Shown here: positions 24,957-36,154 of the stretch, in pieces | Layout of the letters: every line of letters begins with the position of its first letter | How positions within the stretch are numbered: the stretch's first letter is position 1 | Assembly: GCF_001194135.2 (NCBI RefSeq) | Contig: NC_068983.1 | Coordinates: 150,836,541 to 150,900,540, forward strand | Source: Octopus bimaculoides | Lineage: Eukaryota | Length of the DNA stretch: 64,000 bases | Reading direction: 5' to 3' | Position numbers and translations under genes: made by a program | The notes under the pieces: generated by a model | Databases searched by the model: none | Told to the model about the DNA's origin: nothing | What the model saw: only the letters and a program-made list of their open reading frames with translations

Positions 24957-25283
24957 CTTATATATCTATATACATATATATNNNNNNNNNNNNNNNNNNN
25001 NNNNNNNNNNNNNNNNNNNNNNNNNNNNNNNNNNNNNNNNNNNNNNNNNNNNNNNNNNNNNNNNNNNNNNNNNNNNNNNNNNNNNNNNNNNNNNNNNNNN
25101 NNNNNNNNNNNNNNNNNNNNNNNNNNNNNNNNNNNNNNNNNNNNNNNNNNNNNNNNNNNNNNNNNNNNNNNNNNNNNNNNNNNNNNNNNNNNNNNNNNNN
25201 NNNNNNNNNNNNNNNNNNNNNNNNNNNNNNNNNNNNNNNNNNNNNNNNNNNNNNNNNNNNNNNNNNNNNNNNNNNNNNNNNNN

Positions 25284-25335
<52 letters not shown>

Positions 25336-25829
25336 AGATACAGTTATGTATGTTTGTGTTTATATATATATATAAATTCATATTCATATGTACATATACA
25401 TACATGTACACACACACACACATACAAACACACACACACAAACATATATATATCCATACACATACATACACACACACACAAATACATAGTTTGACTTCGG
25501 TAACAATGGATTGAACCAGACTATCCATTTTACATGTAACAACATATCATTCACACTTGGCAGATTTGACTTCTGCTGATGGTTTTCTGATTTGCCTCCT
25601 CATTTGTTTTATTATTTGCTTCCATTATCTTTACTTTTCATTTCGTGTTGATTTTGGTTTTTCTTCAACCTTTTATATTTTGTTCGTGCCCATTCTGACC
25701 CCCCGAGTCAACCGCAGAGAATGAATCACAATGTATCTATGTGTGCGTGCGTGCGCGCGCTCGTTTGTGTGTGAACATATTGGTATCATGCGTATGTAAC
25801 TATATAGGTATGCATGTATACATGCATAT

Positions 25830-26026
25830 TCTTGTACTTGCTTCAGTCATTTGGCTGCGGCCATGCTGGAGTACCACCTTTAGTCGAACAAATCGACCCC
25901 AGGACTTATTCTTTGTAAGCCTAGTACTTATTCTATCGGTCCCTTTTTCTGAACCGCTAGGTTACAGAGACGTAAATACACCAGCATCGGTTGTCAAGTA
26001 ATGTTGGGGGGACAAACACAGACACA

Positions 26027-26119
<93 letters not shown>

Positions 26120-26330
26120 ACACACACACACACATACATACATATACATACATATACATATATACGACGGGCTTCCTTCAGTTTCCGTCTACCAAATCCA
26201 CTCATAAGGCTTTGGTCGACCCGAGGCTATAGAAGAAGACACTTGCCCAAGGTGCCACGCAGTGGGACTGAACCCGGAACTATGTGGTTGGTAAGCAAGC
26301 TACTTACCACACAGCCACTCCTGCGCCTAT
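25830..26330 (-). mobile_element. SINE-A, full length, with about 170-bp internal (CA/TA)n
   Basis: Head GGCGCAGGAGTGGCTGTGTGG, B-box-like GGTTCAGTCCC, CORE-like CCTTGGGCAAG, internal microsatellite and 3' tail. Confidence 0.95.
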
Positions 26331-26869
26331 ATGTATATATATATATATGTATGTTTATGTGTTGTTCTTGATGATGTTGTTTAGCCCAAGATCAAGCGTG
26401 ATTTAGGAGACTTTTGATCTGATTTTATTCCATTTCCTAGTCAATCGTTAGGAAAGTAACACACCGGATTTGTGTACGTGTATGTGTGTGTGTGTGTCCA
26501 TCCGTATGTGCACGTGTTCGAGACTGAGAGTATGTCGGCGTACTCGGTATACACGTGTGTTTGTAGTATTTTTTGATGTTGTTTAACACAAAATAAACCC
26601 TGATGTCCAAATTTAGGACTGCATTATATAATATGCTATTGTTCATATCAAAATAGTGTGGTTTGATTTTTGAAAAATTTGCTTGCTACTTCTAACCATT
26701 TAGCTTATCAATTTCTACGTTTGTACATTTCACATTCATTTGAACAATTTCCTTTTTACCTTTATATTCTTGTGTTTTAATTCCATAAACAGCAACAGTT
26801 TCATGTTTGCCTCGCGTTTATTGATAGCTAAATAATATTTTTAATTTTTAACATTGATCCAAGGACAAA

Positions 26870-26970
26870 TATTTTGGAGTAAGGAAGAGTCAATTATGTC
26901 AATCTCTGTATTTAACTGGTATTTTATCGAACCCGAAAAGACGAAAGGTAAAGTCGGCCATATTGATATT
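26870..26970 (-). mobile_element. SINE-B fragment, degenerate
   Basis: AACTGGTATTTTATCGAACCCGAAAAGACGAAAGGTAAAGTCGG. Confidence 0.6.
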
Positions 26971-27079
26971 TAAATTAATAATGCACTTAGATTTTGTCTG
27001 ATACACTTTTGATTTTGCTATTGCCATGCAGGCAATAGACATTTAAATAATTAACCAAGATAAATATGTCGAAATGTTT

Positions 27080-27450
<371 letters not shown>

Positions 27451-27453
27451 TGC

Positions 27454-27533
27454 CTAGTCGTCCATTCTGCTAGTCGTCCATTCTGCTAGTCGTCCATTCT
27501 GCTAGTCGTCCATTCTGCTAGTCGTCCATTTTG
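27454..27533. repeat. Five tandem 16-bp units (CTAGTCGTCCATTCTG)
   Basis: Four perfect units and one with a C>T change; no spacers. Confidence 0.97.
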
Positions 27534-27714
27534 AAAGAAGATGGAGCGCCTGACCAATGGAACGCATCCGTTCCAATAAAATTCAAGAACAGACGCTCCC
27601 ATTCATGTAGACGTAAATTGGAAGAAAGCAAGGCGATCAAGTGATAAGAGATGACGGTCGTGATGGAGGCATTCGCAATGGTTTTTGCTTTCGGCAAAAG
27701 GCGAGCCTAAAGTG

Positions 27715-27940
27715 TAATAGTATTACATTCAAATTTTGGTCGAAGGCCAAGAATTTTAAGATGATGGTAAAAATCGATTACATCAACCCTATTAATTGAC
27801 TGATTGATTCTTCTATCGGCGCCTGTAAATAAAAGGCAAAATTGGCCTTGGCGGGAATTGAACTCAGAAGTACAGACCCGGAAGATATACAGCAAGCCAT
27901 TTTCCGATTCTCTAACGATTCAGCACGCTCGCCGACTTTG
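27715..27940 (-). mobile_element. SINE-B, diverged
   Basis: AATCGATTACATCAACCC..GAACTCAGAA..CTAACGATTCAGCACGCTCGCCG. Confidence 0.7.
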
Positions 27941-27949
27941 GTAGTAGTA

Positions 27950-28082
27950 GTAGTAGTAGTAGTAGTACAGCAACAACAGTAGTAGAAGCAGCAGCAGCAG
28001 CAGTAGTAGCAGCAGCAGAAGCAACAGTAGCAGCAACAGCAGTAGCATCATCATCATCGTCGTCAGCAGCAGTAGTAGTAAT
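27950..28082. repeat. Trinucleotide array (TAG/CAG/CAA/CAT)n
   Basis: Direct reading. Confidence 0.9.
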
Positions 28083-28089
28083 AATCCTG

Positions 28090-28238
28090 ATTATTATAGG
28101 CACAAGGCCTGAAACTTTTGAGGAGGGGACTAGTCGACCAGTACTCAACTGGTACTTATTTTATCGATCCCGTAAGATGAAAAGCAAAGTCGACTCCTGC
28201 AGAATTTGAACTCAGAACGAAAAGAACATAGTGCTAAC
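28090..28238 (-). mobile_element. SINE-B, older copy with head partly deleted
   Basis: GGCACAAGGCC..GGTACTTATTTTATCGATCCC..GTCGACTCCTGCAGAATTTGAACTCAGAACG..GTGCTAAC. Confidence 0.85.
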
Positions 28239-28239
28239 T

Positions 28240-28435
28240 ATTCTTTTCTACTCTAGGCACAAGACCCGAAATTTTTGGGGCGGGGGCCAGTCGATTAGAT
28301 CGACCCCAGTACGCAACTGGTACTTAATTTATCGACTCCCGAAAGGATGAAAGGTAAAGTCGACCTCGGCGGAATTTGAACTCAGAACGTAACGGGAGAC
28401 GAAATACCGCTAAGCATTTTGTCCCGCGTACTAAC
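28240..28435 (-). mobile_element. SINE-B, well preserved, tail type 1
   Basis: TTCTTTTCTACTCTAGGCACAAG..GTCGATTAGATCGACCCCAG..GAAAGGATGAAAGGTAAAGTCGACCTCGGCGGAATTTGAACTCAGAACG..CTAAC. Confidence 0.95.
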
Positions 28436-28560
28436 TGGGCTTCTAATTTAGGTACAAGGCCAGCAATGTTGAGGAGAGTGGGTTATTCGATACTGTCAAC
28501 ACCAGTATTTGACTGGTACGTTATTCAATCGACTCCAGAGAGATATAAGACCAGAGTCAA
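28436..28560 (-). mobile_element. SINE-B 3' part, diverged
   Basis: GGTACAAGGCCAGCAAT..ACTGGTACGTTATTCAATCGAC. Confidence 0.7.
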
Positions 28561-29220
28561 ACGAGAGCAATATACGAACTGAGAAATTTCTTGCTATTAT
28601 CATGTTTTTTTTTTAATATTTACCAATATTACTTTCATTGCAGATCTCGAGGATAGTATTGGGGGTGACAAATATTATAGAACTAGTGACGGATGTGGTG
28701 ATGGTGGGGACGGACATCTGTTGTGATTGGCGATTATTTTCTGTACTTCCTATGAAAAACTTGAAAACAATAACTAACGAAAGGACGATTTGTTATGATA
28801 TCTATCATATTAGAAAATGAAATGAAATCTTCCTCCCAGGTGTTCTAACTAAACCTATTCTTACTATTTTTGTTTAATAATTATATATATATATATATTC
28901 GTAAACGATAGCCTCGTTGAACATATATAACACATAACCATACTTACATGATTAGGTAGAATTGCCAGGTGAGGAGTACTTGTTCAGATTTGTCATTCAT
29001 TGCTTTGTATGGAATCTTCCTCATTTTGTTTTTAAATACAAACATCCAATTCCGTGTTGTTCTTATAACTATCATATTGCAGTTTTCTTTCCCACGTCGA
29101 TTCTACAATCACTCCCTCCCGCTCTTCCTCTCACACGCACACGCACACAAACCTTACTCGCACATACAGATACACTTTCTCTCTCTCTTAATCTCACTTT
29201 TTCTCCATCTGATTAATTTA

Positions 29221-29420
29221 CTGGCTTCAAATTTTGGCACAAGGCCAGGAAGTTCAGGGGAGGCGGCTAATCGATTACATCGACCCCAGTAATGGGACTT
29301 ATTTCATTACTTCCAAAAGTGATGAAAAGCAAAGTTGACCTCGGCAGCATTTGAACTCAGAACATGTAGACAGACGAAATGCCACTAAACATTTTGTCTG
29401 CCGTGTTAACGACTCCACCA
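29221..29420 (-). mobile_element. SINE-B
   Basis: GGCACAAGGCCAG..TCGATTACATCGACCCCAG..TTTGAACTCAGAAC..GTTAACGACTCC. Confidence 0.88.
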
Positions 29421-29555
29421 CTTCGCAGTCTTATCTCTCCGTTATTTACTAAAAAATAAAAAAACGTTTTTATTTCAGCGCTCGTTTTCAGTCTTAAAAC
29501 GAACAAGACGAGACAATCAAAATATAATTTCTCATACTAGTGCAAGATTACTTAC

Positions 29556-29609
29556 CTCCTCTTGTCCTAGGTTATCGGTAATGACTAGGTGAGCAAGTTC
29601 ACAAAATAA
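29556..29609 (-). CDS. Candidate exon, 54 nt, phase 0-0 (LFCELAHLVITDNLGQEE)
   Basis: Acceptor gtgtcctctttcttctttcag, donor GAG|gtaagt; only frame 0 open. Confidence 0.4.
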
Positions 29610-29638
29610 CTGAAAGAAGAAAGAGGACACTAACTACA

Positions 29639-30020
29639 TGTTGGCACTCCGTCGCTTACGACGTCGAGGGTTCCAGTTGATCCGATCAATGGAACAGCCT
29701 GCTCATGAAATTAACGTGCAAGTGGCTGAACACTCCACAGACGCGTGTACCCTTAACGTAGTTCTCGGGGATATTCAGCGTGACACAGTGTGACAAGGCT
29801 GACCCTTAGAATTACAGGTACAACAGAAACAGGAAGTAAGAGTGAGAGAAAGTTGTGGTGGAAGAGTACAGCAGGGTTCGGCACCATCCCCCATCGGAGC
29901 CTCGTGGAGCTTTAGGTGTTTTCGCTCAATAAACACTCACAATGCCCGGTCTGGGAATCGAAACCGCGATCCTATGACCGCGAGTCCGCTGCCCTAACCA
30001 CTGGGCCATTGCGCCTCCAT
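29639..30020 (-). mobile_element. SINE-C, full length, 8-bp TSD
   Basis: Complete head to tail; TAACTACA at 29631-29638 and 30023-30030. Confidence 0.95.
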
Positions 30021-30069
30021 AATAACTACAATATCAGTTATGTTTGGGCAACAGGACCAATAGCAATAA

Positions 30070-30245
30070 TTCTTTCAACTGTAGGCACAAGGTCTCAAAT
30101 TTGGTAGAGGGTGGGGTATATCTATTTCATCGACCCTAGTGCTCAGCTGATACGTATTTTATCGACCCTAAAACTGTGAAAGTTAAATTCGACTCAGAGC
30201 ATAAAAAGCAAAAGAAAATAAAACCCAGAAATGCCACTACGCAAT
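30070..30245 (-). mobile_element. SINE-B, diverged
   Basis: GTAGGCACAAGG..CATCGACCCTAGTGCTCAGCTGATACGTATTTTATCGACCC. Confidence 0.75.
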
Positions 30246-30464
30246 TTTGAGAGCCTTCTGATTCAAATCGTCCCCAGAACTTGATTGGTTCTTCATCTTT
30301 TCTGCCCTGGAGGAATGAAAGGTAAAATTACCCCTTTCAAAAATTAAACGCCATGAAAAAATGTTAGGCATACCAAACGGCGTTTTTCTGAATGACTGGC
30401 AACTCACCGCCGTTATAATGTTTTGTAGTAGTAGTATTATTATTATTAATAATAATAATAATAA

Positions 30465-30541
30465 TAATTCTTTGTACTATAGGCACAAGGCCTGATATTT
30501 TGGGGGAGGGGATTACATTGTCCCCAGTATTTCACTAATAC
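30465..30541 (-). mobile_element. SINE-B 3' tail cut by a gap
   Basis: TTCTTTGTACTATAGGCACAAGGCCTG..CCCCAGTA. Confidence 0.75.
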
Positions 30542-31506
30542 NNNNNNNNNNNNNNNNNNNNNNNNNNNNNNNNNNNNNNNNNNNNNNNNNNNNNNNNNNN
30601 NNNNNNNNNNNNNNNNNNNNNNNNNNNNNNNNNNNNNNNNNNNNNNNNNNNNNNNNNNNNNNNNNNNNNNNNNNNNNNNNNNNNNNNNNNNNNNNNNNNN
30701 NNNNNNNNNNNNNNNNNNNNNNNNNNNNNNNNNNNNNNNNNNNNNNNNNNNNNNNNNNNNNNNNNNNNNNNNNNNNNNNNNNNNNNNNNNNNNNNNNNNN
30801 NNNNNNNNNNNNNNNNNNNNNNNNNNNNNNNNNNNNNNNNNNNNNNNNNNNNNNNNNNNNNNNNNNNNNNNNNNNNNNNNNNNNNNNNNNNNNNNNNNNN
30901 NNNNNNNNNNNNNNNNNNNNNNNNNNNNNNNNNNNNNNNNNNNNNNNNNNNNNNNNNNNNNNNNNNNNNNNNNNNNNNNNNNNNNNNNNNNNNNNNNNNN
31001 NNNNNNNNNNNNNNNNNNNNNNNNNNNNNNNNNNNNNNNNNNNNNNNNNNNNNNNNNNNNNNNNNNNNNNNNNNNNNNNNNNNNNNNNNNNNNNNNNNNN
31101 NNNNNNNNNNNNNNNNNNNNNNNNNNNNNNNNNNNNNNNNNNNNNNNNNNNNNNNNNNNNNNNNNNNNNNNNNNNNNNNNNNNNNNNNNNNNNNNNNNNN
31201 NNNNNNNNNNNNNNNNNNNNNNNNNNNNNNNNNNNNNNNNNNNNNNNNNNNNNNNNNNNNNNNNNNNNNNNNNNNNNNNNNNNNNNNNNNNNNNNNNNNN
31301 NNNNNNNNNNNNNNNNNNNNNNNNNNNNNNNNNNNNNNNNNNNNNNNNNNNNNNNNNNNNNNNNNNNNNNNNNNNNNNNNNNNNNNNNNNNNNNNNNNNN
31401 NNNNNNNNNNNNNNNNNNNNNNNNNNNNNNNNNNNNNNNNNNNNNNNNNNNNNNNNNNNNNNNNNNNNNNNNNNNNNNNNNNNNNNNNNNNNNNNNNNAT
31501 ATATAT

Positions 31507-32545
31507 ATAGGATGAATCAGAATTTTGAGAAAATTTGTATGGATTTAGAAAAAGACGCAAAGCTCATCAAAGAAAAGCTGTATTTGAAAACAAATTGGTA
31601 CGCATAATCTTGAGAATCCTTTTATCACACCTGTTTAATGAATCCAGTATTAGTGACTGCTTCAATACGGGATCGAAAGCGTCGTTATGCTTGAATCATA
31701 TGATGTTTATCAGTTTTGAACACAGTGCTGGTTATGGCGGACTTGAGAGACTGTATGCTGTTATCGGGGTGTTGATTGACATCTCTCCCGAATACGCCCA
31801 GTACATAATAGTCCAGTGGATTGAGATCTGGTGAGGTAGAAGACCACGTGTCTGGAAGAACAAGACCGTAGAAGTTGACACTCATTTACACTTCGTTTGT
31901 CCTAGCCATATGAGACAGTGCAGAGTGTTGTTCCGTACTCTGTTTGTCCAGGACTCACAACTTTCTCCAGTACCTTTCTGTAGACAGTGGTATTGACTCT
32001 TAAGCCTTTTGAAAAAAAAAGTGAAGAGGCATGATATCTCCCTCGTTGCTGACGACCCCCAGAACCGTCACAATTGTTAGGAAGTTAGTATGCATTACCA
32101 TTGGACTACATTCGTGTCTCTGCATGATCAACTGTCGTCCCTTCGGTTTATCAGAGAAAAACCAAAGCATTCCAACCTCTTGGTGTTTTAATTTGTTTAG
32201 CAAGCGTTCTGCACGGACCGAACGATTCTTTCTTGTCATATCCAACATAACCTGATCCGCATCACATACAACTTATACCTGATGTCTTCATGTAAAACAC
32301 TACTGATGGTGCATTCTGAAACTGAGGTAGGTCCTTTGCAATGGCTCTGATTGACTTTCCAAGGAGTTTTATCGAATATTTCTTGAACTTTTTGTACAAA
32401 TTTAAGTGTTCTGACGGCATTAGGATCCCTTGAATGCGTTTAGCTGCTGATGTTGGATCCCTATTAAAAGCTTCCAGTTCCTTTCAAATTTTGACAACGA
32501 ACGATCGGGCAACTTTCAGGAACGAGCTATCTCTGTGCTGCGCTT
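31507..32545 (-). pseudogene. maT/DD37D-like Tc1-mariner transposon remnant
   Basis: VLHEDIRYKLYVMR; RAERLLNKLKH..WFFSD; VLGVVSNEGDIMP; QHSALSH (QQDSAPSH-like); WSSTSPDLNPLDYY; TIR-like end TATAGGATG. Confidence 0.8.
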
Positions 32546-32589
32546 GTATGAATGTATACATGTATGTATGTATGTATGTATGTATGTAC

Positions 32590-32739
32590 CAGTGCGTAAC
32601 TGGTACTTATTTAATCGACCCCGAAAGGATGAAAGGCAAAGTTGACCTCGGTGCGATTTGAACTCAGAACTTAGCGGCAGACGAAATACTGCTAAGCATC
32701 TCACCCGGCGTGCTAACGATTCTGCCAGCTCGCCGCCTT
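32590..32739 (-). mobile_element. SINE-B 5' two-thirds with intact head
   Basis: CAGTGCGTAACTGGTAC..CGGCGTGCTAACGATTCTGCCAGCTCGCCGCCTT. Confidence 0.92.
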
Positions 32740-32799
32740 GTCACAATTTATGTATTACATATATGTACTTCATAATGTATGACATATAATTCCTTTATG

Positions 32800-32862
<63 letters not shown>

Positions 32863-34000
32863 CATACATACAGACATATATACCTGTATATACCTTCCCA
32901 CACGTATATATATGTGGATGTGCATAAAATTAAAATGTTTGATATGAGCTAAATACACGAAATGATACATACATGCATAGATATATACATATATACATAC
33001 AAACATGCATACATACACACACGCACGCGCTCGCACACCCACACACAGACACGCCCACCCACATAATGTAGTTTAATAAACATGAGAAACAAATAGAGTA
33101 AGGAACCCATACAAAGAGCATTGCACTTATTTACACACCAGCCATTCATTGTACTAAAGCAAGTGCACCCGCCTCTCCCTATAATCCTTTTTCTAGTCGA
33201 CTAAACCTTTAAGGGTCCTGATACCCACTAGGGTCTCTTCATTGTCTGTTTGTACACCAGCGTCGTATTCATAAACATTTTAATGTGTAAGTGTTCCTAG
33301 TCATGGCGTCCAAACTCGCGTTTCGTCAACAATTGTCTTATTGTTCTCTAGGTCATAGAGTTTTCTTTCGGATCACTGTGAAGTCGAGTAATCTGGTGAT
33401 AGAATTCTACAACTATACAGAATCTTCATATTTAGCCAGAGACCATTATGCAATGAGGAACTCTAGTTAAGAGCAAAGCAAATTGCACATATGTAATAGC
33501 GTTCGAGCTAAAAACAACAATCTTACTGTATATAAGATATATATATATATGTGTGTGTGTGTGTATCTGTGTGTCTGTGCATGTGTGTATATGTGTATAT
33601 ATTTACTGCATATGATATGTATGTGTGTGTGTGTGCATGTGTATGTATGTGTGTGTGTATATATATATATATATACATATGTTGTATATACAACAAATAT
33701 ATATTTTATATTATATACACATACATAAACATACATTCATATCGCACTCTCGTTACACACATACATACACACTTGCACACACACACGCACATTTATGCGC
33801 ATGCGTACATATGCAAACACACATACACACATATATATATATATATGCATAAGATCATAGATATTTTATGCAGCATAAAACTGTATGTGTGTTTAGGTGT
33901 ACGTCTGTGGAAGAGAGCATTTGTTGTTTGAGATTTAATGGATAAAATATAAAGACAGAGATATACAGAAATAGATGGATAGTTAGTTAGTGTGTGTGTA

Positions 34001-34036
<36 letters not shown>

Positions 34037-34239
34037 TGAGAGAAGGAGAGAGAAAGTGATCGTCTTGGGAAATATCTTGCATCTGTGTCCATCCAGTTTT
34101 AAGAATCAAAATACCAAAACAAAATGTCTTTAATAGACACACTAGTCCGGAAGGCAGGTAGAGCAGAAGAAGATGGCGAAAGTATTTTATTGAATTGTAT
34201 TGCGAAGGTTGAAGGAAGAGGAGAAAGAATGGAGAAAGA

Positions 34240-34506
34240 ATAGGATTAAGACTGTGATAAAGAGTGAAACATAGAGAAGACTAAGAAGAAGAAGAAGGAG
34301 AAGAAAAAAAAGAAGATTATCTCAGAAGGTTATATAGAAGAATGAAAGAGGAAGAATTACGAAAACAGATGTAGAAGAGGTGAAAGACGTGAGAAGCGGA
34401 TATCGGAATGAAGCGAATAAGTTGTGAAGAATATAGAAAGGAGAGTGAGGGACAGAGAAAGAGAGGTGTAGAGAGAAGAGAGAGAGAGAGAGGCAGAGGG
34501 AGGGAG

Positions 34507-34554
<48 letters not shown>

Positions 34555-34580
34555 GGAGAGAAAGAGTATTAGAAGGAAGA
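34240..34580. repeat. Polypurine (GA/GAA) low-complexity tract
   Basis: Direct reading. Confidence 0.85.
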
Positions 34581-34753
34581 AGAAATAAAAGTAGATTGAA
34601 GTGAATGGTTTATAGATATTATAAAATTCAGAGGAACTGCCAAAATTGCTACTGGTTATGGAAAACCAATAAAAGAGTGTTATGATTGTATCACTGCGAA
34701 AGTTTCGGGAATAGAGATACACATACACTCGCATTAATACACACAGAGACAAT

Positions 34754-34810
<57 letters not shown>

Positions 34811-35422
34811 CATAAAATGTACGCACATACACACACATATATATGTATATGTGTGTGTCTTTCTATGTATGTGTCTTTCTATGTATGTGTGTATATGTGT
34901 ATAAAGCATATACATATCTATATAAATACTTATACGCATATACACACACTCACACACACACACACACATACACACATACATACACACACACTCACAGATG
35001 CATCTTCATGTATAAATGAATAGCAAGATAATCTGATGCAAGTAGGCACATAAATACACTCACTTTCATGCACACGTGTGCACATACACAGGCATATGCT
35101 TACATACATGTATACAAGCATACACACATATACACCCGTGTGTTTGTGTGTGTGTAAACAATGTAAAACATATCTTTATAAACACCAGTATGAGACACAT
35201 ACCGATTGGAAGATGGGTACGGATAGAATTATATAGCTATAGATAGCTGAAGATATAGATATTTATGACTATAGAGATATACTGATACATAGACGCATGA
35301 GAATTTATGTATATTTTTCTGTCAGATTTCAGCTCTTTGCAGACTTCAAATCGGCCAAAGTGTCAAGTTTCTTTGGTTTGAGTGAAGACAGTTCGAAGGA
35401 TTTTTAAATGAGTAGATAGAAG

Positions 35423-35739
35423 GACCCCGTCCCCTTTGGTCTTTAATGACCATGGAATTGAACCTACAAAGTTACCCTCCGAGGCACAAGTACAGGCAAG
35501 GTTCTTTATGGAAGACCAGCAGTCACCCAAACATACCAGCTTCTCCTCTCCCCGCCACCGATGTTATCCAAGGGAAAGACCAATACAGTTTGGCATCAGT
35601 GACGTCACAACTCATTTTTACAGCTGACTGAACAGGAGCTACGTGAAATAAAGTGTCTTGCTCAAGAACACAACACACAGCTCGGTCCACGAATCGAACT
35701 CACTACCCCGACGCTCTAACCACTGAGCTATGGGCCTTC
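35423..35739 (-). mobile_element. SINE-E (tRNA head + CORE-like body + distinct tail)
   Basis: Minus strand: TAGCTCAGTGGTTAGAGCG..GTTCGATTCG..GTGTTCTTGAGCAAGACACTTTATTTCAC; single copy in the window. Confidence 0.75.
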
Positions 35740-35881
35740 GTGATGAGTAAATGAGTAAATAAATGTGTAGTTCTGTTGTGTCTGGGGAGAGTCATTTTCT
35801 TTTTGTGCCTTATTATTTAACACACTCACCTGTAAAATTTCCACCTATTTCTTATTTTTATTTTCCTAAAATTTTCGTTGC

Positions 35882-35929
35882 GTCTTGCAACCTTTTCAAT
35901 AGTCTTGACTATTGAAAAGGTTGCAAGAC
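35882..35929. repeat. Perfect 23-bp inverted repeat with a 2-nt spacer
   Basis: GTCTTGCAACCTTTTCAATAGTC-TT-GACTATTGAAAAGGTTGCAAGAC. Confidence 0.97.
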
Positions 35930-36154
35930 TATTGAACAGAATATGCTTCAACACACGAACTCACATAAAGAATCTTGCAAACCAAATCCAGAAACGAAAT
36001 GTGTAAGTATTTGTAAGTGTATGAGTGAACATACAATCATGTAAGAGTTGTGTGTCCCTTCTTTAGAATACAAGTGCGTGTGTGTGTGTGTGTGTGGTTA
36101 CTCTTTATGTATGTATGTGTACAGGTGATTGCGTTCATATTTGCATTTCATTAG

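Noticed and set aside
27454-27533. 16-bp direct repeats as a CRISPR array
   Set aside because: The units are contiguous with no spacers, no cas genes are present, and the context is eukaryotic.
27912-28148. Poly-Thr/Asp/Ala ORF
   Set aside because: A trinucleotide microsatellite bracketed by SINE-B sequence.
28640-28725. Acceptor tactttcattgcag followed by a short Gly/Asp-rich frame
   Set aside because: No convincing donor, an early stop, and no recognisable family.
29546-29560. ATTACTTACCT resembling the U1 snRNA 5' end
   Set aside because: No downstream U1 sequence; better explained as a 5' splice site on the opposite strand.
29940-30020. tRNA genes at SINE heads (also 14041, 35700, 52150, 60640)
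   Set aside because: A/B boxes are present, but there is no complete cloverleaf or acceptor stem, and each continues into a SINE body.
35820-35845. Minus-strand TTTTACAG|GTGAGT as a recursive splice site
   Set aside because: The polypyrimidine tract is weak, the site lies in a probable repeat, and no host gene is established.
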